From contig JBAWFD010000048.1 in NCBI GenBank assembly GCA_049591615.1, positions 213 through 64,212 of the forward strand: a DNA stretch of 64,000 bases, in the 5' to 3' direction. The first letter of the stretch is position 1, and every line of letters begins with the position of its first letter. Source of the stretch: Gammaproteobacteria bacterium (GTDB taxonomy: Bacteria; Pseudomonadota; Gammaproteobacteria; Natronospirales; REEB76). A program made the position numbers and the translations under genes. Positions 47,518 to 58,081 of this stretch are shown here, piece after piece. A model generated the notes under the pieces. The model was not told the DNA's origin and made no database searches. It worked only from the letters and a program-made list of their open reading frames with translations.

Positions 47518-50500
47518 ATGAATAGGTGCTGGCTATCCATCCAGCGGGCTGTTCTGTTCTCGGCGCTGGCCATCTTGGCCCTAGCGGCGGGCACGGCCCG
47601 TGCAAATGACACCCTCATGCGTTTCCCCACACTGCACGGAAATTCCGTGGTATTCGAGGCCCATGGCAACCTGTGGGAAGTGAACCGTAGTGGCGGCACT
47701 GCCCGCCGGCTCACCACCGACCCCGGTTACGACCTGATGCCGCGTTTCTCGCCGGATGGCCAGTGGATCGCCTTCACCGGCCAATACCAGGGCAACACTG
47801 ACGTATATGTGATTCCTGCCAGCGGTGGTGACGCTAAGCGTCTCACCTTCCACTCGGATGTGGTTGGGGATGCCCCCCTACGTTGGGGACCCGACAACAT
47901 GGTGGTCACCTGGACTCCCGACAGCAAAGACGTGGTATTCCTTTCGCGCCGCACGACTTTCAATTCATGGTTCGGCCAACTGTTCGAAGTGCCGGTTTCC
48001 GGCGGACTGCCGAGCCGGCTGCCGTTACCCAAGGGTGGCATGCTGACCTATTCGCCGGATGGAAATTCCATCGCCTATAACCGCATTTTCCGCAATTTCC
48101 GCACCTGGAAACGCTACAAGGGTGGCCTCGCTCAGGATGTGTGGCTGTATAACTTCGACACCAAGAAAAGCATGCGTGTCACCGATTATCCCGGTACGGA
48201 TGTGGACCCCATGTGGTACGGGCACCTAATTTATTTCCTCTCGGATCGAGGTCCGGCAGAGCGCCTGAACATCTGGGCCTATGATCTCAACACCAAACAA
48301 TTTCGCCAGGTTACACATTTCAAGGATTACGATATCGACTGGCCAAGCCTAGGCAACACCGGGCTGGTGTTTCAGGACGGCGGTGCACTTTATGTCATGG
48401 ATCTGCCCTCTGAGCAGCTGCACCGTCTGAATGTCGATGTCCCGGATGACGGCAGTCGCACCGGCCTACGCTGGGTAGATGCCTCCAAATACATCCAGAA
48501 CACCGATACCGCCGGCGACACCAACATCGATCTCTCACCGAACGGCAAGCGCGCACTGTTACAAGCACGCGGTGATATCTGGTCCCTCCCGAAGGAATAC
48601 GGCCCCAGCCGTGACCTGACGGATACTTCCAATGCCGAAGAGGAATACCCGGCCTGGTCGCCGGACGGCAAGTGGATCGCCTATGCCACAGACATCACCG
48701 GTGAAGATGAGCTCGCGATTCGCCCTGCCGACGGATCCGGGACGGAAAAAATCCTGACCGACTTCAAGACCGGTTATTTCTACGGTCCGACGTGGTCACC
48801 GGGCAGCGATAAGATCGCGTTCTCTGATAACGAACACCAACTCTGGTATCTGGACGTGAAGAGCCGCAAGCTCATCAAGGTCGCCGAAGATAAATACAAC
48901 GAGATGCACGACTATAGTTGGTCACCGGACGGCCGTTGGCTCACCTACAGCGTCACCGCGCCCAATCAGATGCGCCAGATCTATCTCTATAACCTGGCAG
49001 ATGGGAAAGCCACCAACGTCAGCTCATCCATGGAGAATGATTTCAATCCGGTGTTCGACCCCGACGGCAAATACCTGTATTTCATATCCGCACGTCATGA
49101 GAACCCCACCTTCAGCCAATCCGAGTTCAATGTGGCGACGCTCAAGATGTTGGGTGTCTATGTGGCCACACTGACCAAGGATCAGCCCTCGCCATTTGCA
49201 CCGCGCGATGATCAGGGTACGCTGGGCAAAGCCAAGGACAGCGATGCCAAACAAGCGCCATGGAAGCCGGGCGACAGTAACCCCATCAAAGTAGATTTGG
49301 ATGGGTTGATGGCACGCGCTGTGCCGCTGCCGATATCGGCCGCGAATATCTTTTCATTGGCTGCCACCCCAGGTCATGTGTATTACACCACGCAACCCAA
49401 CCAGACTATTGCCGGACCGTTACCGGGCGTAAAACCAGAATTGCATGTCTATGATCTGGCCAAACGCGAAGACAAAGTTCTGGTCACTGGATTGGCCGGC
49501 TGGACCCTGTCCGCCGACGGCTCCACTATTCTCTACGACACGCAGGACGCTAAGTTATTCACACAGGACGCCGCTCCGGACTCCAAACCCAAGCCACTGG
49601 ATACCTCGCATATGTGGGTGCAGGTTGATTCCAAGCAGGAATGGAACGAGATGTTCAACATGGCTTGGCGGCTGGATAGGGATTTCTTCGTGAACCGTGA
49701 AATGAACGGCGTGAACTGGGCGGCAGTACACACCCAGTACGAAAAACTCTTGCCGCTCATGGGCTCACGCGAGGATCTAAATTACCTGATCGGACAAATG
49801 ATCGGCGAGCTCAGCAATTCACATACCTATGTTGGCGGTGGCGATATGGCTTATGACATGCACCGCGCGCCGACAGGATTGCTGGGTGTGGATTTCGGCC
49901 TGGATAAGGATTCCGGCCGTTATTACTTCAAGAACATTTATCCCGGTGACAACACTCGTGAAAATTACCGCTCCCCTCTGACTGAACCCGGAGTGGACGT
50001 GAAAGCAGGTGATTACTTGCTGTCAGTAAACGGCCGGGAACTAAAGGCGCCTGCCAATCCCTACAGCCTGTTCACCGACACCGCCGATCAGGATGTTGAA
50101 CTCTCGGTCGCAGATAACAGCTCCGCCAAAAATTCGCGGACTGTGCTGGTAAAGACCATTCCCAATGAGCTCGACATCCGCTTGAAAGCCTGGATTGATC
50201 ACAACCGCGAGGAAGTGAACAAACTTTCCGACGGTAAGATCGGCTATATCTATCTGTCTGACATGGAAGCCCAGGGCATGGACCAGTTCATACGGCAGTT
50301 CTATCCACAAATAACCATGCAGGGATTGATCATCGATGACCGTTGGAACGGCGGCGGCTTCATTGACCAGATCGTGCTGGAGCGGTTACGGCGCATACTT
50401 GTCGGTATGAACAGCAATCGCGAAAGGATCGCTTCACCCATACCCCAGCAAGTAAGCGATAGTTACAAGGTTACGCTCATCAACCACTACTCCGCCTCGG

Positions 50501-50853
50501 ATGGCGACATCTTCCCCTACTTCTTCAAAAAGTATGGTTTAGGTCCGCTCATCGGTATGCGCACCTGGGGTGGAGTGCGCGGCATACGCGGTTATTGGCC
50601 ACTGCTGGACAATGGCTACATCACCATACCTGAAGGCACGCTCTACGGACTGGATTCACAGTGGGTCATTGAGAACCATGGGGTGGAACCAGACATCAAA
50701 GTGGATGATCTTCCGGAGGATATCATGCGCGGCTATGACGCCCAGCTGCACACTGCGGTGGATTACCTGATGCAGAAAATCAAGGCACATCCCTTGAATC
50801 TACCGCCACCGCCACCGCTAATCCCGGCCTATCCGCCACCCGGCCACGAATAA
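47518..50853 (+). CDS. Tricorn protease homolog (beta-propellers + PDZ + S41 peptidase), secreted
   Basis: I chose the start at ATG 47518 because an AAGGAG Shine-Dalgarno lies 8 nt upstream. It has a signal peptide and the N-terminus LMRFPTLHGNSVVFEAHGNLW is tricorn-like. A C-terminal S41-like region reads ASDGDIFPYFFK. Confidence 0.85.
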   Translation: MNRCWLSIQRAVLFSALAILALAAGTARANDTLMRFPTLHGNSVVFEAHGNLWEVNRSGGTARRLTTDPGYDLMPRFSPDGQWIAFTGQYQGNTDVYVIPASGGDAKRLTFHSDVVGDAPLRWGPDNMVVTWTPDSKDVVFLSRRTTFNSWFGQLFEVPVSGGLPSRLPLPKGGMLTYSPDGNSIAYNRIFRNFRTWKRYKGGLAQDVWLYNFDTKKSMRVTDYPGTDVDPMWYGHLIYFLSDRGPAERLNIWAYDLNTKQFRQVTHFKDYDIDWPSLGNTGLVFQDGGALYVMDLPSEQLHRLNVDVPDDGSRTGLRWVDASKYIQNTDTAGDTNIDLSPNGKRALLQARGDIWSLPKEYGPSRDLTDTSNAEEEYPAWSPDGKWIAYATDITGEDELAIRPADGSGTEKILTDFKTGYFYGPTWSPGSDKIAFSDNEHQLWYLDVKSRKLIKVAEDKYNEMHDYSWSPDGRWLTYSVTAPNQMRQIYLYNLADGKATNVSSSMENDFNPVFDPDGKYLYFISARHENPTFSQSEFNVATLKMLGVYVATLTKDQPSPFAPRDDQGTLGKAKDSDAKQAPWKPGDSNPIKVDLDGLMARAVPLPISAANIFSLAATPGHVYYTTQPNQTIAGPLPGVKPELHVYDLAKREDKVLVTGLAGWTLSADGSTILYDTQDAKLFTQDAAPDSKPKPLDTSHMWVQVDSKQEWNEMFNMAWRLDRDFFVNREMNGVNWAAVHTQYEKLLPLMGSREDLNYLIGQMIGELSNSHTYVGGGDMAYDMHRAPTGLLGVDFGLDKDSGRYYFKNIYPGDNTRENYRSPLTEPGVDVKAGDYLLSVNGRELKAPANPYSLFTDTADQDVELSVADNSSAKNSRTVLVKTIPNELDIRLKAWIDHNREEVNKLSDGKIGYIYLSDMEAQGMDQFIRQFYPQITMQGLIIDDRWNGGGFIDQIVLERLRRILVGMNSNRERIASPIPQQVSDSYKVTLINHYSASDGDIFPYFFKKYGLGPLIGMRTWGGVRGIRGYWPLLDNGYITIPEGTLYGLDSQWVIENHGVEPDIKVDDLPEDIMRGYDAQLHTAVDYLMQKIKAHPLNLPPPPPLIPAYPPPGHE

Positions 50854-50879
50854 CAACACAGGACTGTTTTCTGATTTAT

Positions 50880-50907
50880 GCGGCGGCCTTTGGGCCGCCG
50901 CTTTTTT
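50880..50907 (+). terminator. Rho-independent terminator after the tricorn protease gene
   Basis: GCGGCGGCC-TTTG-GGCCGCCGC followed by TTTTTT. Confidence 0.8.
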
Positions 50908-50942
50908 ATAAACCATGCACTACAAACTGATAAGGTTCTCTA

Positions 50943-51617
50943 TCAACTTGTCACATCGAGATGCACACGCCGGTGCCGGTAGATGAAATATGCGATGCCA
51001 GTTACACCCGTCACAACGGCTGGCCCAAGTAGTGCCAGATAATGCCAGCTGGCAAAGCACAGGCTGCCCATGATACCGCCCGCCACGAATCCGCCGAGCA
51101 ACCCACCCAGCAACAAAAAACGCCGTGATTCCACCCGCATGCCACGCAGCACATGGCCCAGAGCAACACCCAGGTCGGTGGTCACGCCGGTCATGTGCGT
51201 GGTGCGCACCACTGCGCTGCTGTAAAGGCTCACCATACCGTTCTGCAGACCCATAGCTGCGCTCAACAGATACCCGCCTGCGATCACACCTTGGTCGAGA
51301 TATTTGAGCGCGGCAAACAACAGCACAGCTTCGATGGTGAGCGCGGCACCGTAACGCCGCCCTAGCCGCAGAGTGCTTTGCTTCACGATGAATCCGCACA
51401 GCACTGCGCCCAAAAAGAACGTGACTACCAGCATCCCGGTATGCAGGGCTTCGTTGGCATCACGATGGACGAGACTCTCGCTCAGCAATGTCAGGTTGCC
51501 GGTTACATGGGAGATGGGATGGCTCAGGCCAAGCAGGCCGACGGTGTTCACAAATCCCGCTACTGCAGCCAGCACCACGCTGCCGATGAAAACCCAGCCC
51601 GGCAATTTATTGATCAT
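50943..51617 (-). CDS. YoaK/DUF1275 family membrane protein
   Basis: Six TM segments. AGFVNTVG...HVTGN is typical of DUF1275. Confidence 0.7.
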   Translation of the reverse strand: MINKLPGWVFIGSVVLAAVAGFVNTVGLLGLSHPISHVTGNLTLLSESLVHRDANEALHTGMLVVTFFLGAVLCGFIVKQSTLRLGRRYGAALTIEAVLLFAALKYLDQGVIAGGYLLSAAMGLQNGMVSLYSSAVVRTTHMTGVTTDLGVALGHVLRGMRVESRRFLLLGGLLGGFVAGGIMGSLCFASWHYLALLGPAVVTGVTGIAYFIYRHRRVHLDVTS

Positions 51618-51626
51618 GCATGTGTC

Positions 51627-52508
51627 TCAACTGTGAAGTTCTGAAAGCAGTCGCGCGATCAGATGTTGCGCCTGGTTAAAATAATGTCCGCCGAACAGGT
51701 TCAGATGATTCAACACGTGATAAAGATTGTAAATATCGCGGCGCATAGGATAGCCGTCATCCATAGGCCAGTTGGCGTTATAGGCTGAATGAAATTCCTG
51801 CGGGAACCCACCGAATAGTTCCGTCATTGCCAGATCCGCTTCACGGTCGCCGTAATAGACCGCCGGATCGAAGATCACCGGCTCGCCGCTCTCCGATACG
51901 CCCCAGTTGCCGCTCCAGAGATCGCCATGCAGCAAAGATGGCATGGGAACGTGTCCTGCAAAGAAGGCCGGCAGCTTTTCTAAAAGTTGGGCGCCCTGTG
52001 TCTGTATTTTTCCACGGTATCCATTCTCCGCCGCCAACCGTAACTGGAACCCCAAGCGATGGTCATGGAAAAATCTTATCCAGTCATCCGAACATGCATT
52101 GAATTGTGGTGTAGCGCCTATGAAGTTGTTGCGCCGCCATCCAAAACGCGTGCCCATGCATTGATGCTGGTGTGCCAGCGCCTCACCCAGTCGCACAGCA
52201 GACTGGCCGGTTTTACGATCCAGCTCTAGCCATTCCATGACCAGATACGCTTCACCATCCTTCTCGGCTGTTCCTAATACTTTTGGCACACGTATGGCGT
52301 CGGTATCTGTCAGCGCCTTCAGGCCATCGGCCTCTGCATTGAATAATTCCAGTGCATCAGCCTGGGTCTTCACGAACCATGAGGAATCGCCGCAGCTTAC
52401 CCGCCAGCTGGAACCGCCCACACCCTGACCCAGTGATTGCCAGTTGCATTCGGTACCCGCGCTGGCATCGCAGATAAGTAATTCGACAGTGGCGCGATTT
52501 GCGCTCAT
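51627..52508 (-). CDS. Fructosamine/ketosamine-3-kinase family protein
   Basis: LLHGDLWSGNW, GDREADLAM and FGG motifs. Confidence 0.85.
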   Translation of the reverse strand: MSANRATVELLICDASAGTECNWQSLGQGVGGSSWRVSCGDSSWFVKTQADALELFNAEADGLKALTDTDAIRVPKVLGTAEKDGEAYLVMEWLELDRKTGQSAVRLGEALAHQHQCMGTRFGWRRNNFIGATPQFNACSDDWIRFFHDHRLGFQLRLAAENGYRGKIQTQGAQLLEKLPAFFAGHVPMPSLLHGDLWSGNWGVSESGEPVIFDPAVYYGDREADLAMTELFGGFPQEFHSAYNANWPMDDGYPMRRDIYNLYHVLNHLNLFGGHYFNQAQHLIARLLSELHS

Positions 52509-52640
52509 GAACGTAGTTGACCGGAATCGGGCTCAAAAATGCAAGCATCTGCTCCTGGATGAAGAGGGATTGTTGCTGCAAGTTTGAATAAAAAACGAAT
52601 ATGAGCAAAATCCGCGCATTGGATGCGCAATGACTCGCGC

Positions 52641-53255
52641 TCAGGTGAGCAGTTGCGAGAGGCGCTTGTGCAAAGGGCTGGTGCGCGGGAAATGCGCCAG
52701 CAAGAATTCCATCTGGTCGGCCAGGATACGGCGGCCTTTCAGGAAAATGTATTCAGCATGGTTGGGCGTGAACGGCACCGCCAGCAGCTGCAAACCCGAT
52801 TCTTCCGGCGTACGCCCAGCCTTGTGGTTGTTGCAACGTTTGCAGGCTGCCACCACGTTGTTCCAGGTATCGGTGCCGCCGCGGCTCAGTGGCGTCACGT
52901 GTTCGCGCGATAGTTCACGCGCTGAGAAGCGCTGGCCGCAGTACATACACAGATTGGCGTCACGCTTGAACAAGGTATGGTTGTTGAGCGGCGGTACGTA
53001 ATGCTCACGTGCCTTGGCAAGCGCATGATTATTGCCGTAGGTGGCGATGATGGAATTGACATCGACCATGCTCTGCTGACCGGTTTTGGCGCAGATGCCG
53101 CCGTGCAGGCGGTACAGAAGCGTGCCGCAGCTATAAGCCACTTGCTCGAGGTAATACAGCTTGACGGCGTCTTCGTAACCGATCCACTCCAGCGGCATGC
53201 CCGCCGCATCGGTGCGCAATACTTCTTGGGAAAGTTCGTACACAACAGCAGCCAT
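52641..53255 (-). CDS. HNH endonuclease family protein
   Basis: CMYCG...REHVTPLSRGG...NVVAACKRCNNHK is an HNH motif with a Zn-binding Cys pair. Confidence 0.85.
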   Translation of the reverse strand: MAAVVYELSQEVLRTDAAGMPLEWIGYEDAVKLYYLEQVAYSCGTLLYRLHGGICAKTGQQSMVDVNSIIATYGNNHALAKAREHYVPPLNNHTLFKRDANLCMYCGQRFSARELSREHVTPLSRGGTDTWNNVVAACKRCNNHKAGRTPEESGLQLLAVPFTPNHAEYIFLKGRRILADQMEFLLAHFPRTSPLHKRLSQLLT

Positions 53256-53449
53256 AATGCCTCTTAAGGGGCGGATGTTATTGCAGAATTCATCTTAAAA
53301 AGCAACGCTAAGCCTTTTGGTTTAGGTGTTTTACACTCATCAAGAGTGGCAAAAAGCGGGGTCCGCGCTTAAACTGCACGCAGTCCCAGGTCTCCGCCAG
53401 GCCACGCCAGGCGCGGCCTGGCGGCCCATAACCACATCCCAACAACAAT

Positions 53450-54571
53450 ATGGCCATCAAGCTTTTCGTACCCAAAGAACAGGCGCACGGCGAACGGCGG
53501 GTTGCTATCTGCCCAACAGTGGCTGCCAAACTCAAGACCCTGAACGTAGAGCTGCTTATGGAGAGCGGTGCCGGCGTGTCGGCGGGCTTTCCGGACCAGA
53601 CTTTTGCGGATACGCGCTTCGTCAGTGGGGCCGAAGGTGCGGCCAATGCCGATGTGGTATTCAAGGTGCAAGCTCCATTGCCCGCCAATGTCGCGCATAT
53701 GCGCGCGGGTTCGATCCTCATCGGTCTACTGAACCCACATCGCAATCTCGATACTGTGAAAGCTTTGCGCGACCGCAAGGTCACGAGCTTCTGCATGGAA
53801 CTGGTGCCGCGCATCTCGCGTGCCCAGAGCATGGATGCGCTGTCTTCCCAGGCCGCCGCTGCCGGTTACGAAACCGCCTTGCTAGCCGCCGGCAAGCTCG
53901 GACGTTTTTTCCCCATGCTGACTACCGCCGCCGGCACCATCCGACCGGCGAAGGTGCTGGTAATCGGCGCGGGCGTTGCCGGCCTGCAGGCCATCGCCAC
54001 TGCCCGCAGGCTTGGTGCCATGGTTGAAGGTTACGACGTACGCGCCGCAGCGCGTGAACAGGTGGAATCGTTGGGTGCGAAGTTCGTGGATACCGGTGTA
54101 TCGGCCGAAGGTAGCGGCGGTTACGCGCGCGAATTGACCGCCGAGGAAAAACAGAAACAGCAAGAGGTGCTCGCCAAGCACGTTGCACAAGCTGACGCAA
54201 TCATCACGACCGCAGCCATTCCCGGCCGCGCTGCGCCGCGCATCATCACCCGGAGTATGGTGGATGCTATGAAACCGGGAGCCGTCATCGTGGACTTGGC
54301 GGCGGAATCTGGCGGCAACTGCGAACTGACGAAGCCAGGTGAAGACGTCCAGCACGGTAACGTGCTTATTAGCGGTCCTGCCAATTTGCCGAGTTTGCTG
54401 GCGGAACATGCCAGCGATATGTATGCCCGCAATCTGCTGAATTTCTTCACGCCGCTCATCAAGGACGGCCAGCTTGTGATTGACTGGAACGATGAGGTAT
54501 ATGCCAAGAGTGTGCTCACCCATGATGGCGTGATCAAACACGAAGTCACGCTGAAACTCCTAACCAGTTAA
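53450..54571 (+). CDS. pntAA: NAD(P) transhydrogenase subunit alpha part 1
   Basis: Alanine-dehydrogenase-like fold. VLVIGAGVAGLQAIATARRLGA is the NAD-binding site. Confidence 0.9.
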   Translation: MAIKLFVPKEQAHGERRVAICPTVAAKLKTLNVELLMESGAGVSAGFPDQTFADTRFVSGAEGAANADVVFKVQAPLPANVAHMRAGSILIGLLNPHRNLDTVKALRDRKVTSFCMELVPRISRAQSMDALSSQAAAAGYETALLAAGKLGRFFPMLTTAAGTIRPAKVLVIGAGVAGLQAIATARRLGAMVEGYDVRAAAREQVESLGAKFVDTGVSAEGSGGYARELTAEEKQKQQEVLAKHVAQADAIITTAAIPGRAAPRIITRSMVDAMKPGAVIVDLAAESGGNCELTKPGEDVQHGNVLISGPANLPSLLAEHASDMYARNLLNFFTPLIKDGQLVIDWNDEVYAKSVLTHDGVIKHEVTLKLLTS

Positions 54572-54583
54572 CCGAGAGCAGCC

Positions 54584-54885
54584 ATGATCGACGGATTTAT
54601 TGCCTTGTACATCTTCATGCTCGCGGCCTTCACCGGCTACGAAGTGATCTCGCGGGTGCCGGTGATTTTGCATACGCCGCTCATGTCGGGCTCCAATTTC
54701 GTACACGGCATCGTGCTGGTGGGCGCCATGGTGGCGCTGGGCAACGCCCAAAATCTGGCGGAACAGATCATCGGTTTCATCGGCGTACTGCTGGCCGCTG
54801 GTAACGTGGTAGGCGGCTACGTGTCCACTGAGCGCATGCTGGCCATGTTCAAGACCAGCGAGAAAAAGAAACCGGAAAGCCGCGC

Positions 54886-54889
<4 letters not shown>
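54584..54889 (+). CDS. pntAB: NAD(P) transhydrogenase subunit alpha part 2 (membrane)
   Basis: 101 aa with 3-4 TM segments, located between pntAA and pntB. Confidence 0.85.
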
Positions 54890-56286
<1,397 letters not shown>

Positions 56287-56307
56287 TCGGTGAAATGCTG
56301 TAGATTA

Positions 56308-56340
56308 AAAGAAACCCCCACTGCAGATGGGGGTTTCTTT
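56308..56340. terminator. Bidirectional rho-independent terminator between pntB and the DUF3106 gene
   Basis: A 13-bp stem AAAGAAACCCCCA/TGGGGGTTTCTTT with a 7-nt loop. T-runs flank it on both strands. Confidence 0.75.
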
Positions 56341-56363
56341 GTGCGATGGCCCAATAGGCTGAA

Positions 56364-56888
56364 CTAATAACGCGGCGGAGTCGAGTGCTGAGCACGCCAG
56401 TGCTCACGGAATTGCTGGCGTTGCTCAGGCGTCATGTTCTTCCAGCGCTGGCGCAACGCCTGGCGTTGTTCCGGCGATAACCGCTGGAACTTCTGGAACT
56501 GTTCGCGGATCTGCTGCTGTTCAGCCGGTGGCAACTTCTGGAAGGCTTGGAAACGCTGCCGGATTTGCGCGCGCTCCTCGGGTGACAGCTGACGCCAATG
56601 TTGCAGACGCTGGCGGGCGTGTTCGCGTTGTTCGGGTGTCATCCGCTCCCAACGGGCAGCCCCACGCTGCAGGCGCTGCTGACGTTCGGCGGGCAACGTC
56701 GCCCATTGATCCTTGAGAGGCGCGAGTATCTGTTGTTGCTGCGGCGTCAGACTGGACCAAGGGACCGATGACGCCGGTACGCTGGGCACTGCATTCGGCG
56801 CAGTGCCCGCTTGTGGATCGGCAAAAACCTGGGTGCTGGCAATCACCAACAGACCAGTCGCCAGCAGCATTATGCACGAGCGTCTCAT
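56364..56888 (-). CDS. DUF3106-type secreted repeat protein
   Basis: A signal peptide is followed by about seven repeats of an (L/M)(T/S/P)P(E/A)(Q/E)R...R...W/F unit. Confidence 0.75.
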   Translation of the reverse strand: MRRSCIMLLATGLLVIASTQVFADPQAGTAPNAVPSVPASSVPWSSLTPQQQQILAPLKDQWATLPAERQQRLQRGAARWERMTPEQREHARQRLQHWRQLSPEERAQIRQRFQAFQKLPPAEQQQIREQFQKFQRLSPEQRQALRQRWKNMTPEQRQQFREHWRAQHSTPPRY

Positions 56889-57166
56889 GGGCTCTGTTCC
56901 CCGCCGTCCTGATTGGGTGGTGGCTGCTTAGCGGGCGCTGGCGCTTTGCCCTCTTGGCGCGTCTTGTCCTGGGTGAGTTTACTCGGATCAATGCGCGCAA
57001 ACGTCATGGGGTCTATCCACGCACCATCGCTACCTTCCCAAGAACCGAGATATTCCAGCAACTCCGGGTCCACCTTAGGCGGCGGCTGGACAGTTTTTTG
57101 GTCAGCCGCGAAGGCTGGGGTAGTAAACAACAAGGCTGCCATCAACAACCAGCAGTGCTTAACCAC
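56885..57166 (-). CDS. Small secreted protein (unknown family)
   Basis: Its stop overlaps the DUF3106 start (ATGA). GTG 57166 gives MVKHCWLLMAALLFTTPAFA, a signal peptide. ATG 57142 is an alternative start, so the start is uncertain. Confidence 0.45.
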   Translation of the reverse strand: MVKHCWLLMAALLFTTPAFAADQKTVQPPPKVDPELLEYLGSWEGSDGAWIDPMTFARIDPSKLTQDKTRQEGKAPAPAKQPPPNQDGGEQSP

Positions 57167-57563
57167 TGTTGTTGCCTTCGGAATCACTCTGGGCTGCAGT
57201 CTGCTGCTGGGTTTGCAGCCAACGGTAGAAGTCCATGTCGGCATACATGTCCAGATTGTCATTCCCGAGCACGATGGACATATCTTCGTTATTGCTGCCG
57301 GTGGCAAAAGGTACTGCTGGTTGGGGACTCTGATTCCACCACAGAATGCCACTCGTGATCGCAATTAACACAGCCGCCATGACGCCAACCGGCAGAGCCC
57401 ATGGGCGGCGACGCCATAGGGGCGGAAGTGGTACGACGGATTCCACGGCACGTATACGGGCTTCACCTAAACGCGCCAGCATCCGATTATCAAGCCGCTC
57501 GAGGCTATCCATGAAGACCATTCGAGCCTTGTGGAGAAAAGTTGTCTCAGAATCTGCATGCAT
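57159..57563 (-). CDS. DUF3619-type membrane protein (putative anti-sigma partner)
   Basis: It lies immediately downstream of the ECF sigma gene, has a single central TM segment (WALPVGVMAAVLIAITSGILWW), and carries a C-terminal DMDFYRWL. Alternative in-frame starts are GTG 57572 and TTG 57575. Confidence 0.65.
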   Translation of the reverse strand: MHADSETTFLHKARMVFMDSLERLDNRMLARLGEARIRAVESVVPLPPLWRRRPWALPVGVMAAVLIAITSGILWWNQSPQPAVPFATGSNNEDMSIVLGNDNLDMYADMDFYRWLQTQQQTAAQSDSEGNNSG

Positions 57564-57568
57564 AACAA

Positions 57569-58081
57569 TCACCAATGTTCCCCCAAGGTCTGTCGCAGGC
57601 TGTGTACCGCTCGCGACAGATGGGTTTTGACGCTGCCTTGCGAGCAGCCCATGGACTTGGCAGTCTCAGCAACGTCCAGTCCCTCCAATATACGCAATAG
57701 GAAGGCTTCCCGTTGACGTCCCGGCAATGCCGCCAAGGCGTTTTCCAGGGCCTGCATGGCCGCGCGCTGGGCTAGCTGCTCCGAGGGGTCCCGCCCCGCC
57801 GGATCGGGGGCTGCTTCGATGGGATCCAGGGGATCGTCTTCCGCATCCCGCTGGCCGCCGAAGAAGCTCATGACCCGGTTGCGGACCGCCCGGCGGCGCT
57901 GGCAGTCGCGGATGCGGCTCTGCAGGATACGGTAGAACAGCGGCGCCCATTCATCCTGGGGACGTTGTGCATAGCGTTTGGCCAATTGCAGCATCGTATC
58001 CTGGACGGCATCGAGTGCGTCCTCTGGATTGCGCAGGGCCATCTGCGCGATGCGGAAGGCACGCCGCTCCACGCCGGCCAA
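57569..58081 (-). CDS. ECF-type RNA polymerase sigma-70 family factor
   Basis: Region 2 (ERRAFRIAQMALRNPEDALDAVQDTM...LFYRILQSRIRD) and region 4 (REAFLLRILEGLDVAETAKSMGCSQGSVKTHLSRA). The track start is TTG 58081. No in-frame ATG or GTG lies upstream before the stop at 58124-58126. Confidence 0.85.
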   Translation of the reverse strand: MAGVERRAFRIAQMALRNPEDALDAVQDTMLQLAKRYAQRPQDEWAPLFYRILQSRIRDCQRRRAVRNRVMSFFGGQRDAEDDPLDPIEAAPDPAGRDPSEQLAQRAAMQALENALAALPGRQREAFLLRILEGLDVAETAKSMGCSQGSVKTHLSRAVHSLRQTLGEHW

